From an uncultured Bacteroidales bacterium (GTDB lineage: Bacteria > Bacteroidota > Bacteroidia > Bacteroidales > Bacteroidaceae), in assembly GCA_945787885.1 (NCBI GenBank), contig CALZJF010000002.1, positions 33,264-97,263 on the forward strand: a stretch of 64,000 bases of DNA, in the 5' to 3' direction. Each line of letters starts with the position of its first letter. The stretch's first letter is position 1. This document shows positions 31,046 to 41,241 of the stretch, in pieces. The notes beneath the pieces were generated by a model. It searched no databases. It was given only the letters and a program-made list of their open reading frames with translations, and was not told the origin of the DNA. Both the position numbers and the translations under genes were made by a program.

Positions 31046-31265
31046 AAGTTTCCGCGCAGGGCGATTATCCATGCTGCCGCGCATGAAACGCGGTCAAAAC
31101 ACACGCAGAAACCTGCATTTTCGGGCGAAATAACGAGCGCGAAATTAAGTAAAGAATACGAGTCGGACAACAGAAAGCGGCGGATTATGGCAAAAAGTGA
31201 TGACTTTTTTCCCAAAAACCATCAAAAAGGATGGTCAAAATCCAAGCATATCGCCTAAAAAAAAC

Positions 31266-31273
31266 TAACTTTG
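31266..31273 (+). promoter_or_regulatory. -7 promoter element (TAACTTTG) for the TonB receptor operon
   Basis: TAnnTTTG match. Confidence 0.6.
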
Positions 31274-31337
31274 CCGTCGGAAAAAGTCGGAACCGGCTTT
31301 GCCCATACAGCGCAACGACAGATAAAACAGTATCAAG

Positions 31338-31445
31338 GGTGGGTTATATTTATTACCACCGTTTTCTTTTCTACCATAGCAGGGTTTCGTTTTGAAGAAG
31401 GGCAGCATTGCGCCCATCGCGAAAAACTAATAAATAGAACCCACC
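31338..31445. mobile_element. Divergent MITE relative (108 bp) in the 5' UTR of the TonB receptor
   Basis: TIR GGTGGGTT(A/C)TATTTATTA, 17/18 match, similar to the MITE TIR. No clean TSD. Confidence 0.6.
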
Positions 31446-31456
31446 TTCAGACAGCA

Positions 31457-34153
31457 ATGAAAAAAGGTACGCTCTTAGTGGCAACCATCCTTGCTGTGGC
31501 ATCAAGGGCGTCGGCACAGACGCCTGCCGACAGCCTCGCCGTCGATAATGCCGACTTCACCTTCACGGAGAGTCAGCTCGACGAGGACAACGATGCTCAG
31601 CAGACGATTTCTGCCATCTCTTCCAAGAAAGACCCCTACCTCAGCGAGGTGGGCTACGCCTTCAGTGCCGTGAGGTTCCGCGTCAGAGGCTACGACAACC
31701 TCTACAGCAGTTCCTACCTGAACGGCGTGAACATGAACGACCTCGAACTCGGACGCTTCAGCTACAGCATGATTGGCGGTATGAACGATGCCACGCGCAA
31801 CAAGGAAGGCGTGGGGCAGATGGACTACAACCTCTTCGGAGTGACGGGGCTGGGCGGCGGCGACAACATCAACATGCGCGCCGGACAGTATGCCGCGGGC
31901 AACAAGCTTACCCTCAGCGGCTGTAACCGCAACTACACTCTGCGCGGACAATTCACCCACGCCACGGGCTTCAACCGAAAGGGATGGGCCGCGGCTGGAA
32001 TGGTGGGATACCGCTGGGCTGACTACAACACGGCGTATATCGAAGGCACGTTCTACAACAGCTTCAGCTACTTCCTTGCCGTCGAGAAACGCTGGGGCGA
32101 CCGCCATTCGCTCAACCTCTCCACCTTCGGCGCACCGACGGAACGCGCACAGCAGGGGGCATCGACGGAGGAGGCTTACTATCTGGCCAACAGCCACTAC
32201 TACAATCCGAACTGGGGCTATCAGAACGGGAAGAAGCGCAATGCCCGCGTGGTACACGACTTCCAGCCTACAGCCATCCTGACATGGGACGTGAAGCCAT
32301 CGGCCTCGCAACGCCTCTCCACGAGCCTGGCGTATAAATATTCCATGTACTCCTCCAGCGCGCTGTCATGGGGCGACAATGCTGCCGACCCGCGTCCGGA
32401 CTACTACAAAAACCTGCCGTCGAGCATCTTCAACATCTACAACGACAACAAGAACACTCACGATTATCTCGACGCCAACCCGTATCTCACGGACCAGTTC
32501 TATCAACTCACGGAATTCTGGCAGACGGAGAGGAACAGGCAGATAGACTGGGACCGCCTCTACTATATCAACCAGCAGAACGCGCAGAACCCTCAGAACA
32601 GCAATGGCGAGGCTCTCTACTACGTGGAACGCCGGCATAACGATCAGCAAGCATGGATTCTGAACTCTACGTGGAGCCATAGCCTCAATGCACGGCACAA
32701 ATATGCCGTCGGCGCAGAGGTGAACCATACGAAGGGCATGCACTACAAGACGATGGACGACCTGCTCGGCGGAAATCCCATCACCGACATCGACAAATAT
32801 GCTTCGAAAGACTATGGCCGCTACAGTTCTGAGGCGCAGAACGACCTGAACAACCCCAACCGCATCATCGGCGAAGGCGACCGCTTCGGCTACAACTATA
32901 ATATCTACGTCAACCGCGCAAAGGCCTGGGCCAACTACCAATACTCCTCCAGCCACTGGACCGCCGTCGCCCAGGGGCACATTGACGGAACGGGCATCGC
33001 CCGCGAAGGAAAGATGCGCAACGGACGCTATGCCAACAACTCCTTCGGACACGACGGGCAGCGCGACGGCAACGAGGCACGATTCCTCGGAGGCGGACTG
33101 AAGGCCTCACTGACCTACAGCCCGAACCGCAACCACAGCATCCTCCTCGCCGCCAGCCTGTCGAGCAATGCGCCGCTGGCAAGAAATGCCTTCGTGGCAC
33201 CGCGCGACCAGAACAACTTCGTGGACAATCTGACGAACGAGGACATCTTCAGCGCAGAGGCCGCCTACACCTTCACGGCCGGAAAGGTGACGGGAAAGGT
33301 GGGGGGCTACTACACCATCTTCCGCCACGGTGTGGAACAGACGGCATTCTACAACGACCAGCAGGAACGCTTCACGTATCTGACGATGACGGACGTTGAT
33401 CGCCGACACTATGGCGTGGAGGCTGCCGTCAGCTATTCGCCCGACAACCACTGGACTATCACGGCTCTCGGAACTTGGAGCGATGCTGCCTACACGAACA
33501 ATCCGCACGCGCAGATTAGCTACGACGGCTTGGACGCTGCCACGAACGAGAAGCTCAATGCTTGCACGAACCCCGTCACGGGGGCTGCCGAACCGCTCCG
33601 CGTGGTGGCAGACGGCATGAAGGTGGGCTCTACGCCTCTCGCCGCCGTCATGCTCTCCGTGAAGTACAACATCAACTACTGGTTCTTCGAGGTGCAGGGT
33701 AAATATTTCGACCGTGCCTATCTGCAGTTCAGCCAGTATCGCCGCCTGTCGAGCGTACTGAAATCGTATGCCCCGTCGAGCTTCGACGCTGACGGCAACA
33801 TGGTCTATGATGTCACAACGGCAGAACTGGAGGAAAACGGCGGTATTCTCTACAATGCCGATGGCTCGTACAACGCCTCCTATTCGCCGAAACAGGAGAA
33901 ATTCGACGGTGGATTCATGCTCGATGCCAGCATCGGCAAGAGCATTCGCCTCAAACGCGGCAAGACGATGAGCATCAATCTGCAGGCGCAGAACATCCTG
34001 AACAATACGAACCTCCGCACGGGCGGCTACGAACAGAACCGCGACGACTTCTACAATACGGGCGAGGAAAAGGCATATCAGTTCTCGAAAAACCCGAAAT
34101 ACTACTATGCCAATGGCTTCAACTTCTTCCTGAACATTGGACTGCGATTCTAA
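31457..34153 (+). CDS. TonB-dependent outer-membrane receptor
   Basis: Signal peptide MKKGTLLVATILAVASRASAQ; plug-like FRVRGYD..LNGVNMND; C-terminal beta strand ..FFLNIGLRF. Confidence 0.85.
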   Translation: MKKGTLLVATILAVASRASAQTPADSLAVDNADFTFTESQLDEDNDAQQTISAISSKKDPYLSEVGYAFSAVRFRVRGYDNLYSSSYLNGVNMNDLELGRFSYSMIGGMNDATRNKEGVGQMDYNLFGVTGLGGGDNINMRAGQYAAGNKLTLSGCNRNYTLRGQFTHATGFNRKGWAAAGMVGYRWADYNTAYIEGTFYNSFSYFLAVEKRWGDRHSLNLSTFGAPTERAQQGASTEEAYYLANSHYYNPNWGYQNGKKRNARVVHDFQPTAILTWDVKPSASQRLSTSLAYKYSMYSSSALSWGDNAADPRPDYYKNLPSSIFNIYNDNKNTHDYLDANPYLTDQFYQLTEFWQTERNRQIDWDRLYYINQQNAQNPQNSNGEALYYVERRHNDQQAWILNSTWSHSLNARHKYAVGAEVNHTKGMHYKTMDDLLGGNPITDIDKYASKDYGRYSSEAQNDLNNPNRIIGEGDRFGYNYNIYVNRAKAWANYQYSSSHWTAVAQGHIDGTGIAREGKMRNGRYANNSFGHDGQRDGNEARFLGGGLKASLTYSPNRNHSILLAASLSSNAPLARNAFVAPRDQNNFVDNLTNEDIFSAEAAYTFTAGKVTGKVGGYYTIFRHGVEQTAFYNDQQERFTYLTMTDVDRRHYGVEAAVSYSPDNHWTITALGTWSDAAYTNNPHAQISYDGLDAATNEKLNACTNPVTGAAEPLRVVADGMKVGSTPLAAVMLSVKYNINYWFFEVQGKYFDRAYLQFSQYRRLSSVLKSYAPSSFDADGNMVYDVTTAELEENGGILYNADGSYNASYSPKQEKFDGGFMLDASIGKSIRLKRGKTMSINLQAQNILNNTNLRTGGYEQNRDDFYNTGEEKAYQFSKNPKYYYANGFNFFLNIGLRF

Positions 34154-34163
34154 ACATACTACT

Positions 34164-35210
34164 ATGAACCATAAGAACCTACTTGCCATACTCTGCTGCA
34201 TCGTGGCAGCACTGGGCTTCTCGGGGTGCTACAACGACTTCGATGAAGCTGACACGAAGGGATATACCGTGACGGCAACGGGCATTGCGGAGCCGAACAC
34301 CACCATCTACGCGGTGAAGGCAAAATACTGCGCCAACAGCTCGGCGGCGGGCACGAGTGCCAACTCCAGCAACTTCTGGACACTGGTGGAAGCGGACGAG
34401 ATTTTCGAGGGAGTAGTCGTGGCAAACGATATCTCCGGCAATCTCTACCAGTCGGTCTATCTCCGCGAACTCCGCCCGGAGGCTGCCACGGAGGCCGAAC
34501 GCGACCAGGTGCTGATGCTCGGCATCAAGAGCAGTTGCCTTTATCCTTACTTCAAACTCGGACAACGCGTGCGAGTGAACCTCAAGGGACTCTACGTCGG
34601 GGTCTATTCGAAGGCTCCAAAGGTGGGAACGCCGTATTTCACCAGCGCGGGCAATAACCGTCTGGGTCCCATGCTATTCGATGCGCTCCGCACGAATGTT
34701 CAGCTCATCGGCGAGCCTAACCCCGATGCGCCTGAGCTACAGCCCATCGACCTGACAGATGCTAAAGGGCAGGCATGGATTAAAGATTCATCGAACCAGA
34801 CGTGGCAGAACTGCCCCATCCTTGCCACCGTAGAGGGAAAGATGAAGGAGGTGCAGGGCATGGCTGCTAAGAATCCCGAGGCTGGCACGGAAGATACGTG
34901 GGAGGGTGTCTATGAGGACATCATCACCTTCACCAATGCTGACGGCACTACGCAGTACTCCAAAATCTATGCGCCTGAATGTCTGCGCGATGCGGGCTAT
35001 TGCGTCGATCGCACCATTCAGTTCGCCAATGGCTCGGCCGTTACGCTCCGAACTGGCACGGGCAATCGCATCTCCTTCCTCGTCATGCCGTTCGACAGCA
35101 GAAAATACACGGGTATGCTGACGTACTATAGCGGCTGGCAGACGGTGTTGCGTGATGCCGATGATATCTACCCGCAAATCGACCCCACCATCGGCACTCC
35201 GGACTTCTGA
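34164..35210 (+). CDS. Surface lipoprotein, DUF5689-like (OB-fold)
   Basis: Lipobox LGFSG-C; IFEGVVVANDISGNLYQSVYL, LYPYFKLGQRVRVNLKGLYVG.Y. Confidence 0.7.
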   Translation: MNHKNLLAILCCIVAALGFSGCYNDFDEADTKGYTVTATGIAEPNTTIYAVKAKYCANSSAAGTSANSSNFWTLVEADEIFEGVVVANDISGNLYQSVYLRELRPEAATEAERDQVLMLGIKSSCLYPYFKLGQRVRVNLKGLYVGVYSKAPKVGTPYFTSAGNNRLGPMLFDALRTNVQLIGEPNPDAPELQPIDLTDAKGQAWIKDSSNQTWQNCPILATVEGKMKEVQGMAAKNPEAGTEDTWEGVYEDIITFTNADGTTQYSKIYAPECLRDAGYCVDRTIQFANGSAVTLRTGTGNRISFLVMPFDSRKYTGMLTYYSGWQTVLRDADDIYPQIDPTIGTPDF

Positions 35211-35289
35211 TGGGCTTGTACCCGAACACTCATATATATATATAATATAGATACCCCCTTATCTTCACCTCGATACCCCCTTTTTTCAC

Positions 35290-36972
35290 ATGAGAAATTT
35301 AGCAAAATTCCTCGCTGCCTTCCTCGCCACCACCTTCGTGGCATGCGAAGACGTGCCCGCGCCCTACGAGATTTTCGGCGGCGGCAACCAAAATACGGAG
35401 GTCACCTCACTCTATTACTCCAGCAGCAACCTCTACACTGGATGGGAGCTCCGTGCCATCACGCCAGAACAGCCTTGGAGCCAAGGTTCTTCCTACACGC
35501 AAGCCACAGGCTATCAGAAGTGGGATGGCTCTGATACGAAAACCAACCGCGAGGCCACGGGCTATCTCATCTCGCCGAAGTTTAACACCGCTGCGGCAGA
35601 GACGGGCAAGATAAAAATAGCCTTCGACTATACGCTGCGCTATACGAACAATGTCAGCACTTGGAAGGAAAACCATAAAATCCTCGTCTCGAAAGACTAT
35701 GACGGCAATCCGGAAAACCTGACCAACGCCTCGTGGACCACGCTCGACTGGACGCCGGAGCCTTCGCCCTATACTGACTGGACGCTCTATCCCAGCGGCG
35801 AAATACAGCTGCCAGATGAATTTGCCAATCAGGAAGGCGTCTATGTAGCGTTCTACTTCCATGCGCCTGAATCGGGCTCTACCACGTGGGAGCTGATGAA
35901 CTTCGTTATCTGCGACGGCATAGCCACGGAAAATGGCAATCAGCCGGGCGGCGGCGACGAACCGGGCACGGGCGAGGGCGACATAGACTACACCAGCTCG
36001 AATCTCTATACGGGCTGGAATCTGCTCGCCATCACCGACGGACAGCCGTGGAGTCAGGGCAACACCTACACGCAGGCCACGGGCTACCAGAAGTGGGACG
36101 GATCCGAAACGAAGAGCAACCGCGAGGTGAAGGGTTATCTCATCTCACCGAAATTCAATACCGCAGCCTCCAAGACGGGCAAGGTGAAGATGAATTTCGA
36201 CTACACGCTCCGCTATACGAACAACGTCAGCACCTGGAAGGACAATCATAAGATTTTGGTTTCTAAGGACTACGATGGGAATAGTGATCATTTCAGCACA
36301 GCATCCTGGGTCGTGCTCGACTGGATGCCAGAGCCTTCGCCCTATTCTGACTGGACGCTCTATCCCAGCGGCGATATCCAGTTGCCCGATGAATTTGTGA
36401 ATCAGGAGGGTGTCTATGTGGCGTTCTACTTCTACGCGCCTGCCACGGGTTCTACCACATGGGAACTGATGAACTTCCATATCGTCGATGGCGTAGCCTC
36501 TGCAACGGGCGGTGGCGATGAGCCGGGCGGCGGCGACGAACCGGGCACGGGCGGTGTGGATGTAGATTTGACGAAGGCCGACCTCTGCATCAAGGCTACC
36601 GACTTGGGCTACAGCAATGCCACGGAGCTCACTAAAATCACCGTCGGCGACATTGAACTGACGGGCGACAAGGGCTCCAACTCCAATCCGCCGAAGTATT
36701 ACACCACGGGTTCTGCCCTGCGTATGTATCCCGGCAACAGCATGACCGTCGCGGCGAAGAAGAAGATTGCCAAGATAGTGCTCACTTGCGTCAAGGGAAG
36801 CGTGGCAAACAATCACGTCGAGGCTAAGCCCGGCAGCGTCACGGTAGCCGACCCGCAGGTTTTGATAGACAAAGTAGATGCTGAGACCGTCGTCGTCACC
36901 AATGCCGACACATCAACGGGCACGGCTTCACAACTCCGCTGGACTGCTATCTACGTTTTCTATGCTGAATAA
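35290..36972 (+). CDS. Surface lipoprotein with two tandem ~193-aa DUF5017/cleaved-adhesin-like domains and a C-terminal domain
   Basis: Lipobox TFVA-C; duplicated GYLISPKFNTAA...WELMNF block with PGGGDEPGTG linkers (579-bp period). Confidence 0.7.
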   Translation: MRNLAKFLAAFLATTFVACEDVPAPYEIFGGGNQNTEVTSLYYSSSNLYTGWELRAITPEQPWSQGSSYTQATGYQKWDGSDTKTNREATGYLISPKFNTAAAETGKIKIAFDYTLRYTNNVSTWKENHKILVSKDYDGNPENLTNASWTTLDWTPEPSPYTDWTLYPSGEIQLPDEFANQEGVYVAFYFHAPESGSTTWELMNFVICDGIATENGNQPGGGDEPGTGEGDIDYTSSNLYTGWNLLAITDGQPWSQGNTYTQATGYQKWDGSETKSNREVKGYLISPKFNTAASKTGKVKMNFDYTLRYTNNVSTWKDNHKILVSKDYDGNSDHFSTASWVVLDWMPEPSPYSDWTLYPSGDIQLPDEFVNQEGVYVAFYFYAPATGSTTWELMNFHIVDGVASATGGGDEPGGGDEPGTGGVDVDLTKADLCIKATDLGYSNATELTKITVGDIELTGDKGSNSNPPKYYTTGSALRMYPGNSMTVAAKKKIAKIVLTCVKGSVANNHVEAKPGSVTVADPQVLIDKVDAETVVVTNADTSTGTASQLRWTAIYVFYAE

Positions 36973-37933
36973 ACGCTGGATTTTCCCCCTCCTCTCCCTC
37001 GCTCTCCTCATCGCCTTCTCAGGCTGCGATGATGTGAACGGGGAAGAGGAGGATGTTCGTGAGAGCCTCAACGACCATTGCAATGAGAATCTGCCCGACT
37101 GCGGGGCTTCCTACGTCTATACAGAGGCGAAGGCGGCGAGCACGCAGTTCATCAGTCGCCTCGAAATGCCGCGATTGCAGGCAGGAGACATCTTCATCGT
37201 TCACCAATCGACGGACATGACGGGCAATCCCGTCAATTACAGCGTGGCGTATTCGCCTGAAAATCACCACAGCCGATGGGTGGCGTTCCGTTTCGACAAT
37301 GCGATGCGCGAGAAGCAGGTGGCGCGCAAGGACTACAGCATACGGCCGCAATACCCGAAAGACCCGCTCTGCACCGTCACCACATCGAACGATGCCTCCT
37401 TCAGCGGCTACGACCACGGACATCTCTGTGCCAGTGCCGACCGCCTGTGCTCGCGCCTGAGCAACGACCAGACGTTTTATATGTCGAACATGTCGCCGCA
37501 GATGGGCGACTTCAACCAATCGTACTGGACGAAATACGAATCCTTCGTCCAGACCCTCGGGCGCAACTGTCTCTCTGTCACCGACTCCAAGCGCTGGGCA
37601 GACACGCTCTACGTCGTCAAGGGTGGCACGATCGATCCGCAGCAGGTGCTCACGTATATCACAGTCGATAAGAACCGTATGCCCGTGCCGAAATACTATT
37701 TCATCGCCCTGCTGAAGGTGAAGAACAACACTTATAGTTCCATCGCCTTCTGGGTGGAGCACCGCGACTACGACACCAAGAAGATTCTGAAGGACGAAGA
37801 CGAGATTTTTGCCCACGCCATCAGCGTGGATGAGCTGGAACGCCGCACGGGCATCGACTTTTTCTGCAATCTCCCGGGCGTCATCGAAAAGAGCGTCGAG
37901 TCAGTGTATATGACCTCGGCGTGGAAAAACTGA
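36962..37933 (+). CDS. DNA/RNA non-specific endonuclease (NucA/Endonuclease_NS) lipoprotein
   Basis: Lipobox IAFSG-C; GYDHGHLCASADR (DRGH-like), FYMSNMSPQ, FNQSYW, VPKYYF, LERRTGIDFF. The start overlaps the upstream stop. Confidence 0.92.
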   Translation: MLNKRWIFPLLSLALLIAFSGCDDVNGEEEDVRESLNDHCNENLPDCGASYVYTEAKAASTQFISRLEMPRLQAGDIFIVHQSTDMTGNPVNYSVAYSPENHHSRWVAFRFDNAMREKQVARKDYSIRPQYPKDPLCTVTTSNDASFSGYDHGHLCASADRLCSRLSNDQTFYMSNMSPQMGDFNQSYWTKYESFVQTLGRNCLSVTDSKRWADTLYVVKGGTIDPQQVLTYITVDKNRMPVPKYYFIALLKVKNNTYSSIAFWVEHRDYDTKKILKDEDEIFAHAISVDELERRTGIDFFCNLPGVIEKSVESVYMTSAWKN

Positions 37934-37997
37934 CTTACGCTCCCGTGCAGAGCCGGCCCACTTCTACCTTCCACCTCTCAAAGCCTGTGAAAACAAC

Positions 37998-39059
37998 ATG
38001 AAAATCCGCAACATCGACCTCGGCGAACACCCCGTGCTGCTGGCTCCCATGGAGGATGTGACCGACATCGGCTTCCGCCTGTTGTGCCGCCGCTTGGGAG
38101 CCTCCATGGTCTATTCAGAATTTGTCGCCGCCGATGCCTTGGTGCGCAGCGTCAGCAAGACGTTCCAGAAGCTCCGCGTCGCTGACGACGAACGCCCCGT
38201 GGCGATACAGACCTACGGACGTTTCCCCGATGCCGTAGAAGAGGCAGCCGAAATCATCGTCGGGACGGCTCACCCCGATGTCCTCGACCTCAACTTCGGA
38301 TGCCCCGTGAAGCGGGTGGCGGGAAAGGGTGCGGGAGCGGGCATGCTCCAGACGCCTGACCTCATGCTCGACATCATCAGCCGCGTCGTACGCCGGGTGG
38401 GCGACCGCGTGCCCGTCACCGTCAAGACGCGTCTGGGATGGGATGTCCCCGGCCTGTATATGGATGCCCCCGACGGCAGCGGCCGCACGCCCTTCATTGT
38501 TGACCTCGCCGAACGCATCCAGGATGTGGGGGCGGAGGCTCTCACCATACATGGCCGCACACGCAGCCAGATGTACACGGGCGAGGCCGACTGGACGCTC
38601 ATCGGCGAGGTGAAACGCAACCCGAGAATGCGCATTCCCATCATCGGCAACGGCGACATCACGGACGGGGCAGGGGCAAAGGCGGCATTCGAACGTTATG
38701 GCGTAGATGCCGTCATGGTCGGGCGGGCCACCTTCGGCAGACCGTGGATATTCCGCGAAATCCGCGATGCGCTCGACGGCACGCACACCTGTATGACTCC
38801 CGACTGGAAACTGGACATCCTGAAGGAGCAGATCCACGAGTCCATCGAAAGAATCGATGAATATCGCGGCATCCTTCATATCCGCCGCCATCTGGCAGCC
38901 ACCCCCCTCTTCAAGGGCATCCCCAACTTCCGCGAGACGCGCATAGCGATGCTGCAGGCCGAGACGGAACAGTCGCTCCTCGACATCCTCGAAACCGTGC
39001 GCCCCATCGTCCGGGAGTTTGCCAACCAAACAGAAAATGCCCATCCGACGACTTCATGA
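37998..39059 (+). CDS. dusB: tRNA-dihydrouridine synthase
   Basis: LAPMEDVTD, DLNFGCP, VTVKTRLG, TIHGRT, GNGDI, VMVGRA. Confidence 0.93.
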   Translation: MKIRNIDLGEHPVLLAPMEDVTDIGFRLLCRRLGASMVYSEFVAADALVRSVSKTFQKLRVADDERPVAIQTYGRFPDAVEEAAEIIVGTAHPDVLDLNFGCPVKRVAGKGAGAGMLQTPDLMLDIISRVVRRVGDRVPVTVKTRLGWDVPGLYMDAPDGSGRTPFIVDLAERIQDVGAEALTIHGRTRSQMYTGEADWTLIGEVKRNPRMRIPIIGNGDITDGAGAKAAFERYGVDAVMVGRATFGRPWIFREIRDALDGTHTCMTPDWKLDILKEQIHESIERIDEYRGILHIRRHLAATPLFKGIPNFRETRIAMLQAETEQSLLDILETVRPIVREFANQTENAHPTTS

Positions 39060-40330
39060 AGATACTCATCGTCAACACCACACTCCATACGGGCGGTGCC
39101 TCCATCGCCGCCAACCGTCTGGCCGAGGCGCTCCGCGCCGCAGGCAACGAGGTGAAATTCCTCACGAAAGGCAGGTCGTTCGCTGACGGCCTGCGCTTTG
39201 TTTGGGAACGTTGCGAACTGCTCTACAGCAACGGCTTCGACTATGGCCGCGTATTTGCCATCGACCATGGGGGCTGCGGCACGGATATCACCCGGCTACC
39301 GGAATTTCAATGGGCTGACGTCGTCCATCTGCATTGGGTGAACCAGGCCATGCTCAGTCTGGACGGCCTCGAACGGCTCGTCAGCCAGTGCAAGACGATG
39401 GGGAAACGCCTCGTCTGGACACTCCACGATGCCTGGCCGGCAATGGGAATCTGCCATCTGCCGGAGGACTGCCTCAACTGGACCTCAGGCTGCGGCTCCT
39501 GCAGATACCTGCGGCGCAATGCGCTGACGCAACTGCTACCCCGCTGCGGACGTTCGGCCGACGACCTCTCCGCCCGGACATTCCGCCGCAAACAGGAAAT
39601 CTATGGGCAGGGACGCATTGCCTTTGTGGCCTGCAGCCGCTATCTGGCCGACCGCGTGCGCCAATCGCCGCTCCTGGCCGGACAGGAGGTGACGGATATT
39701 GCCAATCCGCTCGACACGGACTTCTTCTCCCCCCTCCCCGACAACGGGGGCGAAACGCAGGCGGAACTGCGGAGACGGCTCGCCCTGCCTGAGGGCAAGA
39801 CCATCCTCCTCTTCGTCTCCTTCAACATCAACGACCCGAACAAGGCCTTCGATGTCTTCACCCGCGCGGTGAATGCCCTTGCCATGCGCGATGCGGCCTT
39901 GCGCGAAACGCTGGCAGTCGTGGCCGTGGGGAAGTATGCCTCGCAGCATGCCCACGACTTCCGCTGCACGATGGTGCCGATAGAATATGTGGCGGAACGG
40001 ACGCTGATGCGCGACCTCTACCGTGCCTCCGATTTCTTCGCCATCACATCGCTGATGGAAAATCTGCCGAACACGATTGTCGAGGCGAAGGCGTGCGGCC
40101 TGCCCGTCGTAGCAACGGCGGTGGGGGGCATTCCGCAGATGATCCGCCCCGATACGGACGGCTTCCTCGTCGCTCCCGGCGATGCCGATGCTCTTTCCGC
40201 CACTTTGGAGCGCGCCGTGAAGCATCCGCGGCGGCGCGAACTGGGAGCGGCGGCGCGCGCAGAGGCAGTCGATACGTATTCGCAGCAGAGCGTCGCCAAT
40301 CGATATATGGAGGTTTACGCGCGCAGATAG
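39056..40330 (+). CDS. Glycosyltransferase family 4 (WcaC-like)
   Basis: VHLHWVNQ, WTLHDAW.A.G.CH, ENLPNTIVEAKACGLPVV, GGIP. ATGA overlap with dusB. Confidence 0.88.
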   Translation: MKILIVNTTLHTGGASIAANRLAEALRAAGNEVKFLTKGRSFADGLRFVWERCELLYSNGFDYGRVFAIDHGGCGTDITRLPEFQWADVVHLHWVNQAMLSLDGLERLVSQCKTMGKRLVWTLHDAWPAMGICHLPEDCLNWTSGCGSCRYLRRNALTQLLPRCGRSADDLSARTFRRKQEIYGQGRIAFVACSRYLADRVRQSPLLAGQEVTDIANPLDTDFFSPLPDNGGETQAELRRRLALPEGKTILLFVSFNINDPNKAFDVFTRAVNALAMRDAALRETLAVVAVGKYASQHAHDFRCTMVPIEYVAERTLMRDLYRASDFFAITSLMENLPNTIVEAKACGLPVVATAVGGIPQMIRPDTDGFLVAPGDADALSATLERAVKHPRRRELGAAARAEAVDTYSQQSVANRYMEVYARR

Positions 40331-40406
40331 CTCGCTGCATCTTCGCCTCTGCCCCACACTATTTTTCTCAAGACCTTTACAGGATTTACGGAAACTTCTA
40401 TAGAAT

Positions 40407-41195
40407 ATGATACGATTCACGATAGCCACCGTCTGCTACAACGCCGGACATCTCATTGGCCGCACCATCCGGAGTGTGGAGCAGCAAGATTATAAGGGGA
40501 TAGAACACCTCATCATCGATGGCAACAGCCAAGATGAGACATTGGCGCAGATTCATTTCTACCAGCAGCGTAACTCCCGCTCTCAGAATCCCCACGAGAT
40601 TGTCTGTCGTTCCGAACCAGACCGTGGCATTTATGATGCCATGAACAAGGCGCTGCGTCTCGCCACGGGCGACTATATCCTCTACCTCAATGCGGGCGAT
40701 GTCTTCCACACCCCCGATGTGCTGAGTCGCATAGCCGCCATGCTCGATGCCTCAGCGAATCGCAAGCAGCGTCCTGCCGTCATCTATGGAAACACCGATA
40801 TTGTCGATGAAAACGGGGATTTCGTGCGCCATCGTCGCCTTGCGCCTCCCGAACGCCTGACATGGCATTCCTTCAAGCAGGGCATGCTCGTCTGCCATCA
40901 GGCGTTCTTCGCCCGCCTCGACATAGCCAGAAAATTCACGTACGACGATGAGCACTATCGGCTGAGTGCCGACTTCGACTGGTGCATACGCATCATGAAG
41001 GAGGCGGCGCGCCTGAAGCTCCCCCTGCTCAATGCCCGCCTCGTCGTGGCCGACTTCCTCGAAGGGGGCATGTCGAAGCAGCGTCACAAGGAATCGCTAC
41101 TCGAACGCTACGACATCATGTGCCACCACTACGGCAAGCTCTCTGCCTTTCTGCAACACTGCTGGTTCGTCGTGCGCTCCGTGCTGAAACGCTAA
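40407..41195 (+). CDS. Glycosyltransferase family 2 (WcaE-like)
   Basis: IIDGNSQD, SEPDRGIYDAMNK, LNAGD, CHQAFF, SADFDW. Confidence 0.9.
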   Translation: MIRFTIATVCYNAGHLIGRTIRSVEQQDYKGIEHLIIDGNSQDETLAQIHFYQQRNSRSQNPHEIVCRSEPDRGIYDAMNKALRLATGDYILYLNAGDVFHTPDVLSRIAAMLDASANRKQRPAVIYGNTDIVDENGDFVRHRRLAPPERLTWHSFKQGMLVCHQAFFARLDIARKFTYDDEHYRLSADFDWCIRIMKEAARLKLPLLNARLVVADFLEGGMSKQRHKESLLERYDIMCHHYGKLSAFLQHCWFVVRSVLKR

Positions 41196-41241
41196 CGCCA
41201 CGGCATTGTAAAACCTACCGGAAATCCCCCTCCTCCTCCCC

